33,565 bases of DNA, taken from NCBI GenBank assembly GCA_964255285.1, contig CAXUUL010000093.1, positions 1-33,565 of the forward strand, in the 5' to 3' direction. Shown piece by piece: positions 11,301 to 22,281 of this stretch (its first letter is position 1; each line of letters begins with the position of its first letter). The DNA comes from Ionaspis alba. Taxonomy: Eukaryota. The translations under genes and the position numbers were made by a program. A model generated the notes under the pieces. It made no database searches. It was not told the origin of the DNA and saw only the letters and a list, made by a program, of their open reading frames with translations.

Positions 11301-11739
11301 GCTTGATCCATTTTCGTGGTGGTTGTGAGAGATTGATTCTGGCGTACTCCTGGGCCAGAGTAAAGAAGGGTTCGGAGGCATGTTTGCCTAGTCTGAAGAA
11401 GTGTTCGTCGAGTGTCTGGCCGTGTAGAGGAGGTAAGCTGAGAGCGATAGGAGGAGCATCTCCCTGGATTTTCCCGAGTAAATCATGGCGAGCAAGATGA
11501 TCTCTACTCCACGCCACCAGTTTCTGTGGCACCGGCTTTCCCAACGCTTTGAAGACCTGTGGATGGAGTTGACTGCTAAGTTGTTGCACTCCGATCTCAT
11601 TGTATCGCGAGGTCACGTCTTTGACGGCCGCCTCCACCGCGTATCTCCTCCGCGAAGTGTAACTAAGGAGATCACTGCGTCTTGCATATTTGGCAAAGGG
11701 CGCTCGTCCAATCTGCCATCTTGAAATCAGACAGCGCAT
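8362..11739 (-). CDS. MIP1: Mitochondrial DNA polymerase gamma, single exon, 1125 aa
   Basis: Arg-rich presequence. Exo I FDTEV, Exo II GHNIGYDR and Exo III YCAADV. Pol A GADVDSQEL, Pol B RNDAKVFNYGRIYG and Pol C VHDEIRY. Confidence 0.98.
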   Translation of the reverse strand: MRCLISRWQIGRAPFAKYARRSDLLSYTSRRRYAVEAAVKDVTSRYNEIGVQQLSSQLHPQVFKALGKPVPQKLVAWSRDHLARHDLLGKIQGDAPPIALSLPPLHGQTLDEHFFRLGKHASEPFFTLAQEYARINLSQPPRKWIKRSGWTKYNYDGTHEAVDSPHEEMLTFDTEVMWKESSFAVMACAASPSAWYAWLSPWLMGESEQDHHLVPLGNPEQARIIVGHNIGYDRARISEEYDLRQSKNFFLDTMSLHVAVNGMCSRQRPTWMKHKKNRDMRDKIAGESNSVELATLLENKMLSEEEEELWVGRSSVNSLRDVAKFHCDVTIDKAQRDQFGELNRAGIRGKLEELLDYCAADVAITHRVYKKVFAGFLEVCPHPVSFGALRHLSSQILPVDKSWESYITNAEATYHRLTDAVEQRLLDLTNLALESKDDSEKYAHDEWLRQLDWSGQEVKMVKGKKKGDPPRPAARQKKPGMPKWYKSLFATSSSELALTVRTRIAPLLLRLSWDGYPLVWSDKYGWTFGVPIAKASKYDDKPVVKCDMSDEKDLSLRDDRKRQYFKLPHKDGPQARCANPLAKGYLQYFESGVLSSEYAYAKEALEMNASCSYWISARDRIMSQMVIYEDDAIGKIEPQSSLGLGYILPQVIPMGTITRRAVENTWLTASNAKANRVGSELKSIVKAPPGYHFVGADVDSQELWIASLVGDAQFQLHGGNAIGFMTLEGTKAAGTDLHSKTAKILGISRNDAKVFNYGRIYGAGLKFASTLLRQFNPSLTEKETQEIATRLYKETKGTKTSRKALYDHSFWRGGTESLVFNTLETFAEQERPRTPVLGAGITEALMRRFINKGGFMTSRINWAIQSSGVDYLHLLIISMDYLIARYNLNARLSITVHDEIRYLVKSEDRYKAAMALQVANLWTRAMFSQQMGINDLPQSCAFFSAVDIDHVLRKEVDMDCITPSNPTKIPHGESLDIWALMAKGLESHLDPNVVPMQSLDVEKWQYTPRTPVMADMQKEGRPDMALLRAQITGSDKELRDIIKEVTKDSGTTNRGRISKNASDDSTPQYAEVLRNYASASPQEPVLPPHPDFLYGDYAQKFRKDVAWNKSKQWGGEKRRQVWVNV

Positions 11740-12093
11740 ACTAGCCTTCGCCAGAGACTTCTGAGTCGTGTCCGAGATTCATCTCATCCGTCATTAATAG
11801 GAATTACTTCGAGGACGTCACGTCTTCCCCCATCTCCTGAAGCCTCGCGTAAAACTGCCCATGATGCTAGTCGGAATATGATGAATTCTAGCCCGAACCG
11901 ACCTCCGAGGTTCATTTCCATTCGACATTTGTGGACTCTAGCATCATCTATGCTAATCATCTAATCAGTTCAGGTCAACACTTTCGTTTATTGTTTGCGT
12001 CACCCCCTTCGTCCAGACTCATGTCACAGTCCTAGTGATTCTCATCTTTCCTCTAACATATTCCATACTCCAAGTTACGTATTCACGAAAATA
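11740..12093. promoter_or_regulatory. Divergent (bidirectional) promoter region between mip1 and the RING gene
   Basis: Head-to-head starts about 354 bp apart. Contains CRE-like GACGTCACGTC (11814-11824) and TCGCGTAAAA (11845-11854). Confidence 0.5.
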
Positions 12094-12927
12094 ATGCCCA
12101 ATCAGCCCGAACCAACCTCGTTTTCGCCTCCACCTCGATCCTCCTCCCACAACCATAGACGACCGCCCTCTGGAGCCCTACCTTTGAGCTTTGTCCTGGA
12201 AGATTTCGTTGACAGCGACTTCATAGATCTTACGGCAGAAGCTTCTCCTCCCACCTCTTCAAGGACACCCGCAATGTCTCCCTTCGGCCTTGCCGATCGG
12301 GATCCAGATATCCGCCCTCCAAAGAGGAGGCGGCCAAACTCAACACTTCCCGCTTTCGACACGTTTATGTATGCGCCAAACGAGAACATATATATGGAAC
12401 GAAATACGACTGAAGATAGCAACACATTCACCGAGAAAATCGATCTTACGGCTGTGGATGACGATGCTGGGCTTCAAAAGCGCCAGGAAGAGCAGCGTCA
12501 GCGGAACCAGCAGGCGCAGGAGAAAAAGGAAGAGACACAGCGTGTAGCTCTGGTCAAGAGACAGCATGAGCTGAGCAAAGTACCGCCCAAGCTGGCAGCG
12601 ATACAGTGTGTGGTGTGCATGGAGAGCATGACGGATATTACGGCTACTGCTTGTGGTATGTATGTCGTCAAATAGGGGGAAAATACATCGCTGACCGAAT
12701 TTGCAGGACACCTTTACTGTCATATTTGTATCACGGAAGCTCTCATTGCCGGCGAGAATCAAGGCCCTGATCCCGGGAAGGGACCATCTAGGTGTCCGGT
12801 CTGTCGGAAGAAGGTCGTAAGGTCAAAGGAGGGCAAGGAATCTAATCAAGTGATACCTCTGGAGTTTATGCTGAAGAGAAAAAGTGAAGTGGCGAGGGGG
12901 AAAGAGAAAGTGAAGGATGTGCGATAA
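12094..12927 (+). CDS. C3HC4 RING protein with SUMO-interacting motifs (Slx8/Rfp/RNF4-like STUbL subunit), 2 exons (12094-12655, 12707-12927)
   Basis: Spliced RING CVVC...ATACG|HLYCHIC...CPVCRKKV. SIM-like FIDLT (12220-12234) and KIDLT (12436-12450), NLS-like PPKRRR. Intron GTATGT..GCTGAC..TTGCAG. Confidence 0.88.
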
Positions 12928-13237
12928 CATGACACGCGGCTACTGGGACGGTTCTTCGGGTCACATGGCTCACACAGCTGAGGACCTATTCTGGCGGGGA
13001 GTTACTCAAGTGATACTGGACACAGGGAAAAGACATGCATGGCTGATACCCCACGACGAAATGGCGTTAGTTCTGCGATGTGGTTGAGTTCTTCATAGTG
13101 GGGTTTCGGTGGTATTCGCCACGACCGACAGAGGCTTGCAAATACTACATTTACACACGTCTTACTGTCAGTTTGAGACTCAACGCTAGGATCCCAATCG
13201 ACTCAACAGCATATTTGCACTTTTTGAGCGCCTATAT

Positions 13238-14737
13238 CTATCCCTCGAGCGTGTTCCTCCTCGACTTCTCCCCAATCCTCTCACCCCTACCCAATATTGC
13301 TTCTAGAGCTCCAACCAGTCCCTTTCCATCGAACCTCATACTCCCATCTTCGGCCTTTCTACCCCAGCACCGGACACACTCAACTCCCAGCATTGCCAAC
13401 TCTCTCCGATCCACCTTCGGCACTCCTTCTCCATCCAAATAGATAATGTGACTAACATATCTTCCCCAGACGTTCCTGTCTGGCGGTCCCATCCGCCCAC
13501 GACTCTCCTCTCCCGCTCTTGCAATCGCAGCCACAAAATCAGCTGCACTCATTGGACTAGCTATTGGTCCAGTCTCGCGATCTAAGCTCCCATTCAGGAT
13601 GAGAATTTTGTATCGGAGACCTGGTGAAGTAGTAATAGCTTCACCAACACCGCGCAGAATAAGACATGGCACAATCGACGTATAAAGACTGCCAATGCTA
13701 TAGATGACGGCTTCGGCAGCTCTGAGGACGCTGACGACCTTGGGGTTTGCCGTGGGATGGATTTCTTGCCCGTACGGATTGATATACCAGATCCGCTCGA
13801 TACGTGCCGGAAGGTCCTCCTCCTCAGACTTCGAGAAGAGAATGTTGGGCTGTCGGAGCGTGGGCAGGGATCCTGGTAGATTCGCGTCCTCGGCATCGTG
13901 ATTTTCCTCGTCAGAACCAGCATAGATTGAGAGAGACCTATGCCGGTCAAGAAGTGCGGTCGGAGCGCCAGGATGGGATATAGCATTCTGACCGGTGATG
14001 ACTTCGCCATTAGCAAGACCAGCGCTAATGTGGTGGCTAAACATGCTGTTGACTCCGGGAATCACGCCGACACGCTCGTTGACACCACCGACGACGCCGA
14101 GCAGGTAGATGGCAGATTCGAAGGAGCCAGTGAAGAGGCGAGCGCCGGTCAGGAAGAGGTTGCCGATCGAAGCGGAAGAAAAATTAAAGGTGGAATGAGG
14201 AGGTCGGGCACGTTTGAGGATTTCAAGATTGAGATGGTTGAGCATGCTGCGGATTAGTTCTCGTTTCGGAGGCGGAATTAGTCCCCATAGTGGAGAGCAG
14301 CCGGCGACTATATTTTGCCAGACTTCGAGGGCAGGGGTAGGAGAAGGCGGTAATCGGTAGTTCAGGAGGTTGTGGGTATGGTTGTGGGAAGGGGGAATAA
14401 GACGAACAAGGCGACCTTCAGATTGTCAGTCATCAGCTGTCTAGAGTGGCAACATAACATCATGACAGAACACTGCTTCCTTGTGTCTCATGTGTTTGAC
14501 ATGGATAGGAGGCTTAAGGCCAAGTTGCAGGAGAGCTATACTTCGTATGTCTCCGATACCAGGACCACCGAATACCCGGATGAGCTCGCTCGACGACCCA
14601 CCGTTATCAGAAATTGGTATCACGTAATTTAAGGGGCTTTGCCTCTTCTCTGTGACTTCGTTGAAGACGTCGACGAGGCTGTTTGCAGCACTTCCTCCCG
14701 AGAAAACAACAATTCCTCTTGCTGTGATCGAGCTCAT
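13238..14737 (-). CDS. CofD/YvcK (UPF0052)-family protein, yeast YNL011C-like, 2 exons (14737-14542, 14415-13238)
   Basis: VVFSGGSAAN, ISDNGGSSSE, GDIRS|RLVRLIP after splicing, SIGNLFLTGAR, IGSLYTSIVP and NGSLDRET. The 126-nt intron runs GTATAG..ACTGAC..GAAG. Confidence 0.9.
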
Positions 14738-15276
14738 GATGCAAATAAGAAGAGTGTAGACTAATCTATGCTAGAGAGTGTGACCAAGAAAGGAGACTTG
14801 TAAATATTTTTTTCTTAACACAATAGAGGTTCTGGGGTAAGATTGCCAGAGGCTACATTTCCATGACCAATGTTGATGCCTAAGCTAAATCACAAGGAAC
14901 AGGTGAGCATATACGAGATCAATATCATCTAGCACTCAAGATGCTAAAATAGATAATAATGCAGTTCCTTGGTTCCCTCATGGCCATCGTCGACAAACGG
15001 ATTCGATGGTGTATTCTCTGCTGAAATGAGACACCCTCTTAATCCGACACCTCTCCCCGAAGCGATACGTCACTGCAAGCGCTGGCCGGTGCCTGTAAAT
15101 CCGAAGACCGGTCGCGTATCGTGTGTAGAAACGACCCATACCACTTTCCCCACATTTGTCAATACGATCTTCAAGACTCCAGACTTCAACGTTGGTTCTT
15201 TGAAGGATCCTTTTCATCTCCTTCTTCCTTTGCGCATACGGCTCGCTCTCCAAAACAGCATGACGTGACGTGAAAG

Positions 15277-15429
15277 GTAAGTGCTTCTCTCAACCTAGAC
15301 GTCAGGCAGTCATATCACGCATGAAGCGCGTGTGCCTTTCAAGATTGTGTCTCTTCATTTCTGGAGACAATTGTTACTAGCCTACATGCAGAACATTTCT
15401 TGCTTTAAGTTGCTGATGTTCATCACCAG
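15277..15429 (+). other. Probable 5'-UTR intron of ptc1
   Basis: AAG|GTAAGT donor at 15277, GCTGAT branch near 15412, CACCAG acceptor at 15429, upstream of the ptc1 ATG. Confidence 0.5.
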
Positions 15430-15691
15430 GGAGACGTCCTCGAAGCCAAACCCTGTGATCCCGGCCAATTCACCCCTCCAACCTCGTCATAACTCGATTT
15501 AACCATACATAACTCGCCCTCTACCTCCTTCGCCTTTGGCAGCGCTTGGCCTAGTTCCATATCATTCGAGATATAGATTTCTTCTACTGGAGCATTTGCG
15601 TACTTCCCAAAGGGCTCAACCGATTCCAATCAACAAGCTGGCAGGGAATAAGGGGAGAAGATTCTCGAGGGAAGGGGGTCTTCTGAACAAG

Positions 15692-17520
15692 ATGTTCGGA
15701 TCCTCACCGAGCCCACCTAAGGATAATGAGCACGCCATCGTTTCTCCAACACACAGGCCGACTAGTGGTCCTGGCAGTATCCCCAAAGATGTGTCTTTAG
15801 ATCATCCCACGGAAGACGGGACAACTGGCGGAGAAAAACGAAATAGTACGAGTCCGAGCAACACGCGGAAACCTAACGATGATGGAAGTACCGATAAGAA
15901 ACGCCGAAGTAGTGGAGTTGCCAAAGCCAGCGCAATCTTCACGAATGCGAAGAACTCATTACATCTTTCGGGTACTTCTCATACGGCCTCTAATAATGGT
16001 CCGCAATCTCCTCAGCAGTCACATATGCAGAGGCTGGGTAAAACAGACCCTGCTCTGAGTGTTCCCCAAGGCTCGCTCAATAATTCTGCCGGCGAATCAC
16101 GGCCTGGACCACGATCGACCTTTCGTGTTGGTGTGACAGAAGATAAGAACAAGAAGTGTAGGCGCACCATGGAGGATACTCATGCTTATTTATACAACTT
16201 CTTGAGCACTCCTGCACCAGTCATCGCTACGGATGCGAGCTCATCATCTAGCAAGAAGAGTCAAGAATCGAGAGATGCAGCTCAATCAACCAGTGATGTG
16301 TCTGGGCAGTCACAGATAGTGGAGACGGACAACGGATATTTCGCCGTCTTCGACGGTCATGCAGGTACCTTTGCTGCGGATTGGTGCGGTAAGAAATTAC
16401 ATGTTCTGCTCGAGGACATAATACGAAGGAATCCCAATTCAGCCATTCCCGAGTTGCTGGACCAGACTTTCACAAGTGCTGATCAGCAGCTTGAGAAGCT
16501 TCCTTTGAAGAACAGCGGATGTACTGCAATTTGTGCGGTCTTGAGGTGGGAAGACAGGATACCAAATCCTCAATCAGCTACTGGATCTACCGCAATTGCT
16601 CCCATTGCTGCCACTATTGTCAAAGCGCACGAAGCATCCGCCGCAAGTGGGACTGCTCCAACAGATTCTGCCCCAAACCTAACGCCACAGGTTCAAGCTG
16701 CCATGACCGTTCAGAATAGCTCAGCCGCTCTTCCAAAACTTCAAGAGTCCGCTTCGCGCCAACGTGTCTTGTACACTGCTAATGTTGGTGATGCTCGGAT
16801 CGTTCTGTGTCGTAATGGCAAGGCTCTACGATTATCGTACGATCACAAAGGCAGTGACGAGAACGAGGGAAGGCGTATCACAAACGCCGGCGGACTCATA
16901 TTGAATAATCGAGTGAACGGGGTTCTGGCTGTGACTCGCGCACTTGGTGACTCGTATATGAAGGATCTGGTTACCGGTCATCCGTACACAACAGAGACAG
17001 TCATTCAACCTGATATAGACGAGTTTCTGATCTTAGCTTGTGACGGTGTAAGTAAATCCGTCATAATAATCACGACACCTGCTGATCGTAGCCATATATT
17101 TAGCTCTGGGACGTGTGCAGTGATCAGGAGGCTGTAGATCTCATTCGACATACTACGGATCCTCAAGTGGCCTCGAAACAGCTCGTCGACCATGCTCTCT
17201 CGCGCTTTTCGACAGACAATTTGTCCTGTATGGTTGTGCAATTCGATAACAAAATCATCAAGCAGACGGTTGAGAACAAAGTCGACCCAATCGGCGTTGA
17301 GGGTGACCCTTCTTCGATCAAGAAGGGTATCAGTGAAGCGGACGCCATCGTTAGGGAAGCGAGAAAAAGCATGGGTAATGTCGGAAGTGACGGCGTACGA
17401 GAAGAAGAGAAGATGAAAGTTACCGAGGATATCATAAAGGAGGAGGCAGAAAAAGAGCCTGGGCCTGAGTTGGATCCCAACGGCGTCAAGAAGCTGGAAG
17501 CCGTGAAACAAAATACCTGA
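15692..17520 (+). CDS. PTC1: Protein phosphatase 2C, Ptc1 orthologue, 2 exons (15692-17047, 17104-17520)
   Basis: [60 protein letters not shown] and STDNLS motifs. Intron GTAAGT..GCTGAT..TTTAG. The first in-frame ATG is at 15692. Confidence 0.95.
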
Positions 17521-18023
17521 AAATCATCTTTTATCTTCTTGTCCTTTAATTTTTGCAACAAAGTACTGGCTTCATCTGTGGCTTCTCCTTGGCGCACGAA
17601 GGCTCAGGCCGTACTGAGCTGATGTCTCAGATCTTGCTATTTGGTGTGGTGGTAGGAGGTTACAGGATTTAGTAGCGAGATGCAAGACATTTCTTACTAC
17701 TGTCTTTATTCACAGAGAGCACGAGATGGCCGACATGTTGAATGAAGATTAAGTAGAAAGTTGTTACAGATCGCTAGAGATCTTGTTGATCTATACGGTC
17801 AATTTTGGAGGCTGAAAAGGCTCTTAGCAGCTTCTCAGGCGCCGGTCCATTAGAAGGCATGAGTATGCTCATTATACAGGTCTGTATCATAGTCAACGAA
17901 ACCATGTCTTTTCATTCCGCATCCACAAAGGTCGAGGAAGGCCAAGTGTCCAGCTCTGATCTATGCACCAAAACACCGAACATATCAGATGTAAGTTGTT
18001 TCACAAGACGCAGGTCCCATCTT

Positions 18024-19036
18024 TCATCGCCGCAGGCTGTCCAGACGAGCCTGCAAGTCGTCATCGCCGCTCGCAGGACCTCCGCCTCCACCACCTCCTC
18101 CGCCTCCAATAGCTTCTGCGACTCGACTATCCGCAACGGCAGTTCTCTGCAGACCTGACGGTGTCTCTCCCAACTATGTCTCAAAGTCAGTATGTGGTTC
18201 AAAAACTTGCTTCCAAAATTCCAGCCCTTCTCCTCCCCGCATTGTTCCGCATCTGCGTCTAACTACCAACAAGGAAAATATTTTAGGACCTACAGCCTGT
18301 CCCAAATCTACCCCAATCTCGTCGAGTACCTCCTTTACCACCTCCTCACCCTCCTCCTCGTCCTCCAAGCCCGTTACATCGTCAATCGCATCGTCCATCA
18401 TCTCCTGTCGCTGGTCCATGATGTCGTTCTCCTTTTCAAACTCCATGGCTATGCGCTGCAGCGCGGGCAGATTCATACTGCGGTTCATACTGCCAAGGAG
18501 CGAAGTGGCGCCCTTCATTGACTGCATCATCTGCTCGTTCGAGCGTACAGTTTGAATACGCAGTGAGACAGCTTGCAATTGAGTGCGCATTTGGTGGAAT
18601 TTTTGGATGTATCTATATTGTGAAATATTCAGCACGCTTCTGGACTCGAAGAACCTCCAATTCGCAGTCACGGGACGAGTGTGGGCTGTTTCAAAGTCCA
18701 TGACTTACCGTCTCGTCCTGACCAGATCTTTGGCCTGGATTTTGCATGCCCCCATTTGCCCATTTTTGGCGCTCTTTTTGATATCCTGAATCAACCGCTT
18801 TTCTTGGTTCTCAAGCTTGATGCGCTCGCGGTCGAGCTCTCTCTGTGTTTTTTCAAGGGCTCTTTGGTGTTTTCGTAATCGTTCTCTTACATATGTTAGA
18901 TACTTATAGCCTTCGAAATATCGTAGTAGAGACACACTGTGGGGTCATACGCTTCCCGAAAGCCCACTCGACAATCTGAGGTTGGGTTAGCTTGCATGGG
19001 GCAATACGAAGAGAAGGCAGGGACTCTGACATTCAT
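18024..19036 (-). CDS. VPS2: ESCRT-III subunit Vps2/Did4, 5 exons (19036-19031, 18975-18938, 18885-18709, 18612-18294, 18173-18024)
   Basis: Spliced product MN|IVEWAFGKRMTPQ|ERLRKHQRALEKTQRELDRER...AKDLVRTRR|YIQKF...VLDEIGVDL..|LGETP...DDDLQARLDSLRR, ending in the MIM1 motif. Confidence 0.95.
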
Positions 19037-19359
19037 GGTGGTGATAAGTCGTACTCAGGGTTGCCAGATGAAAGAAGGAGTTATATGCGAGCGAATGTGA
19101 TATACTAATTGATATTCTGGCAAGGCCAATTCGAGTGGATCCAGATCGGCCGACTATTGTTCGAAGGAAGTAAATTGTGGTTGACCCAAACACCGCTGCC
19201 TGCAGACGAAGCTCCGAGAATGACGTCTCACCTGCACTAGTCCGGAAATACCGCGCCAAGACATTTGAAAGGCGAATTCCATGAGCGAAACATGGATTTC
19301 GACTTGTTGTCGATATCCTCACGCGCTCTCAGCATTCATGACTCTGTCATCCTAGCACC

Positions 19360-22281
19360 ATGAGTCAGGACTACTATCCAGGCGATGGGTCGTCCAAGGG
19401 GAGGGCCTCACCAAGGCCTCAATCTTCGCAATCCGGTGCTCCTCATTCGACCTCTCGATTTCCACCTCGGCCTCACTACATGACTGTAGGATCAGGTTCT
19501 ACATCCGCCAGTGCTGCTGCTCTTATGGCTTCTCTGGATAACGACTCGGGATATGGAGGAAGTATCACGGGTGACACCTCTACCAATGATGGTGGCGTTC
19601 GGCCGTGGCATCCAGGACTAACAGCCGACCTTCCCACACCGGTTCATACCCCTACGTTACCAGGCGAGAGCAATCCAGCTTCAGAAAATGAAAGGAGGGT
19701 ACTTGCAAGTCATATTCACCAACTATACTACAACCAGAACCGATTGTCGTTGGGCAGAGCCATTAACAGGACTGTTGAAACATTGAAGGAATTACAGCAG
19801 ATGAACTCCATCTGGCCAGCGCATTACCCTTCTGTACAACCTCAGCACGACGCGACGCCTTCGAGACCAGATCCAAGACCAGGTATCATACACACACAAT
19901 CAACGATTGGGGAGGCAGGGCGACAGATCGATCATGGGCCGTCACGTCCAGGGCCTCGGAGAGCAGCGACCTCATTGGGTGAAGACTCGTTCGCGGAGTC
20001 GAGCGCGGCCGTTGCACGACGTACGGAACAGTCATCGGAGACCCTCATTACCCCTCAAGCAGCACAGGACTTCTCAATACTGAAGATTGAGCTCAAACTT
20101 CAAGGTCTGACGCAAAGCGAGATCGCGCATTCAATGGATCGACGGACCATATCAGCTTTGCTAGATGGAAGGATCAACCAGAGCATAAGACATCTACTTT
20201 TGCTCCGAGATCGAATAGAGGATACCTCCAGCAAAGTCTTGGTAACTGGGGATTTAAATGCTGGGAAATCTACTTTTTGTAATGCTTTGTTGAGACGGAA
20301 AGTCCTACCTGAAGATCAGCAGCCTTGTACGAGCATATTCTGCGAAGTTCTGGATTCAAGGGAAAATGGAGGCATTGAAGAGGTTCATGCTGTTCACAAG
20401 GAGACGGTCTATAGCCGAAATGACGAAAGTACCTACGATGTGTTCAGTCTGGAAGAGCTGGAGAAGATTGTTACCGACAGTGACAGTTATACTCAGTGCA
20501 AAGTCTACGTTAGGGACATCCGGACCATTGATGAGTCCTTACTTAATAACGGTGTTGTTGACATTTCGATAATCGATGCGCCTGGCTTGAATTCCGACTC
20601 TCTGAAGACGACCGCAGTCTTTGCACGACAAGAGGAGATTGATGTTGTGGTCTTCGTCGTATCTGCTGCAAATCACTTTACCTTATCAGCCAAGGAGTTC
20701 ATCCTAAATGCAGCTCACGAGAAAGCCTACATTTTTATAGTGGTCAACGGTTTCGACAACATCAAAGATAAAGAACGATGCCAGCGCATCGTCCTCGAGC
20801 AAATCGCCAAGCTATCTCCTCGGACTTTCAAGGAGTCCTCGGAACTTGTTCACTTCGTCTCTAGCAATGCCATCCCCGTCGCCCCACCATTAAGACCTAA
20901 TCCTGGAGATGGTGACGGCGGCGGAGGCGGAGGAGGAGGGAGTGGTGGAACCTCCGATGATGCATTTGCTTTCGACGAGGATATAGGAAAGCACGGCGAG
21001 CCAGGTTCGCCACCAGGGAAGGGCAAGGGGAAAGAAAAAGAAAAGCTCCGCGACTTCGAATCGCTAGAAAGCGCTCTCCGTCGCTTTGTCCTCGAAAAGC
21101 GTGCCCGTTCGAAACTGGCACCTGCGAAAACATACCTCCTAAACGTCCTCTCTGATCTCAACACCCTCGCAACTGTGAACCGAGACGTCGCACAATCAGA
21201 ACTTGACCGTGTCACCGGAGAGCTCCAGAGCCTCGAACCAGTATATGAGCAATCGAAGAAGGCGCGCAGCGAAGTGAGCGACGACATCGATAAAACCATT
21301 GAAACCACCTGCTCCGACATCTACAAACACACCCGTGAGACCCTGAACACGACCATCTCGCGTGTCGCAGATGCCGATCTCGGTGTTCCGTATCCTGGTC
21401 TGCTAAGCGCCTTTCAATACGCTGAAGATCTCAAAACCGCAATGCTCGAAGAAATCTCCACAACCGTAACCCTCTGCGAAGAAGACGCTCGCTCCAAGAC
21501 AGCCGATGGTGTCAGCTCGATCAGCAGCCTTGGGATCCTGCACCTTGGCAACGAATATGAGAATCTGATCTTCCGCAAGGAAAGCATGTTCCGCCGGAAG
21601 CGTGATGTCTTGGCTCGCCAGGTCGATACGCAAGTCGAGCTGTGGGATTTCTTTGATGTTGGTGGGCTTTGGGAGAGGCAGGAGAAGGTCGCGGGAACGG
21701 GTATGGCAATGACGATCGTCGGTGTGCTGGGTGGACGATTGGTTGGAGGTGTGGGCTGGTTGGATGGTGTGTTAGGTGCAGCGAGGATCATGGGAACTGG
21801 TGGAATGCGGAAGATGATTGTGCCTGGTCTCATTGCTACCGGTATGCTGTTCACAATCTTGGCCTTACGGCTACCAGCGCAAGGCCTTTGCTGACACTCT
21901 CAAATAGTCGTCTTGACAACAGCCTACGTTCTCCACTCCATCCCGCAAACCCTGCCTCCCCGCCTTTCCCGTCGCCTCGCTTCCACCCTCCACAGCCTCG
22001 ATTACACTCACATCAACGCTTCGCGAATCACCGCTGAGGTCCGCAAGGTTCTCTCTCGTCCGGCTGATGATCTGCGGATCGGCCTAGAGCATTCGGTCCA
22101 GAAGCTGAGTCGGCAAAAAGAGGACACCGTGAAGGTGAAGCGTGAGAGTGAGGTCGCAAGAAAGTATTTCGGCAACTTGGTTCGGGAGAGTGCAGAGGGG
22201 AGAAGGGGAGTCGAGGCGGTGGATTTGGAGGGCGCGGCTCCAGGTGTGGCCGGCGGTTATGAGGAAGGGATGATGGTGTAG
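19360..22281 (+). CDS. FZO1: Mitofusin GTPase Fzo1, 2 exons (19360-21841, 21908-22281)
   Basis: P-loop GDLNAGKST, LPEDQQPCT, G3 DAPG, G4 VNGFD, transmembrane segments, and C-terminal coil ESEVARKYF. Intron GTATGC..GCTGAC..AATAG. Divergent from vps2 by about 320 bp. Confidence 0.96.

Noticed and set aside
14416..14541. Box C/D snoRNA or stwintron in the longer intron of the CofD-like gene
   Set aside because: The TGATGA and CTGA words are adjacent and overlap the branch point, with no proper C...D spacing, terminal stem or internal donor/acceptor pair.
20905..20950. GGN repeats encoding poly-Gly in fzo1 (also in vps2, about 18078-18107)
   Set aside because: Ordinary low-complexity linkers in disordered loops.
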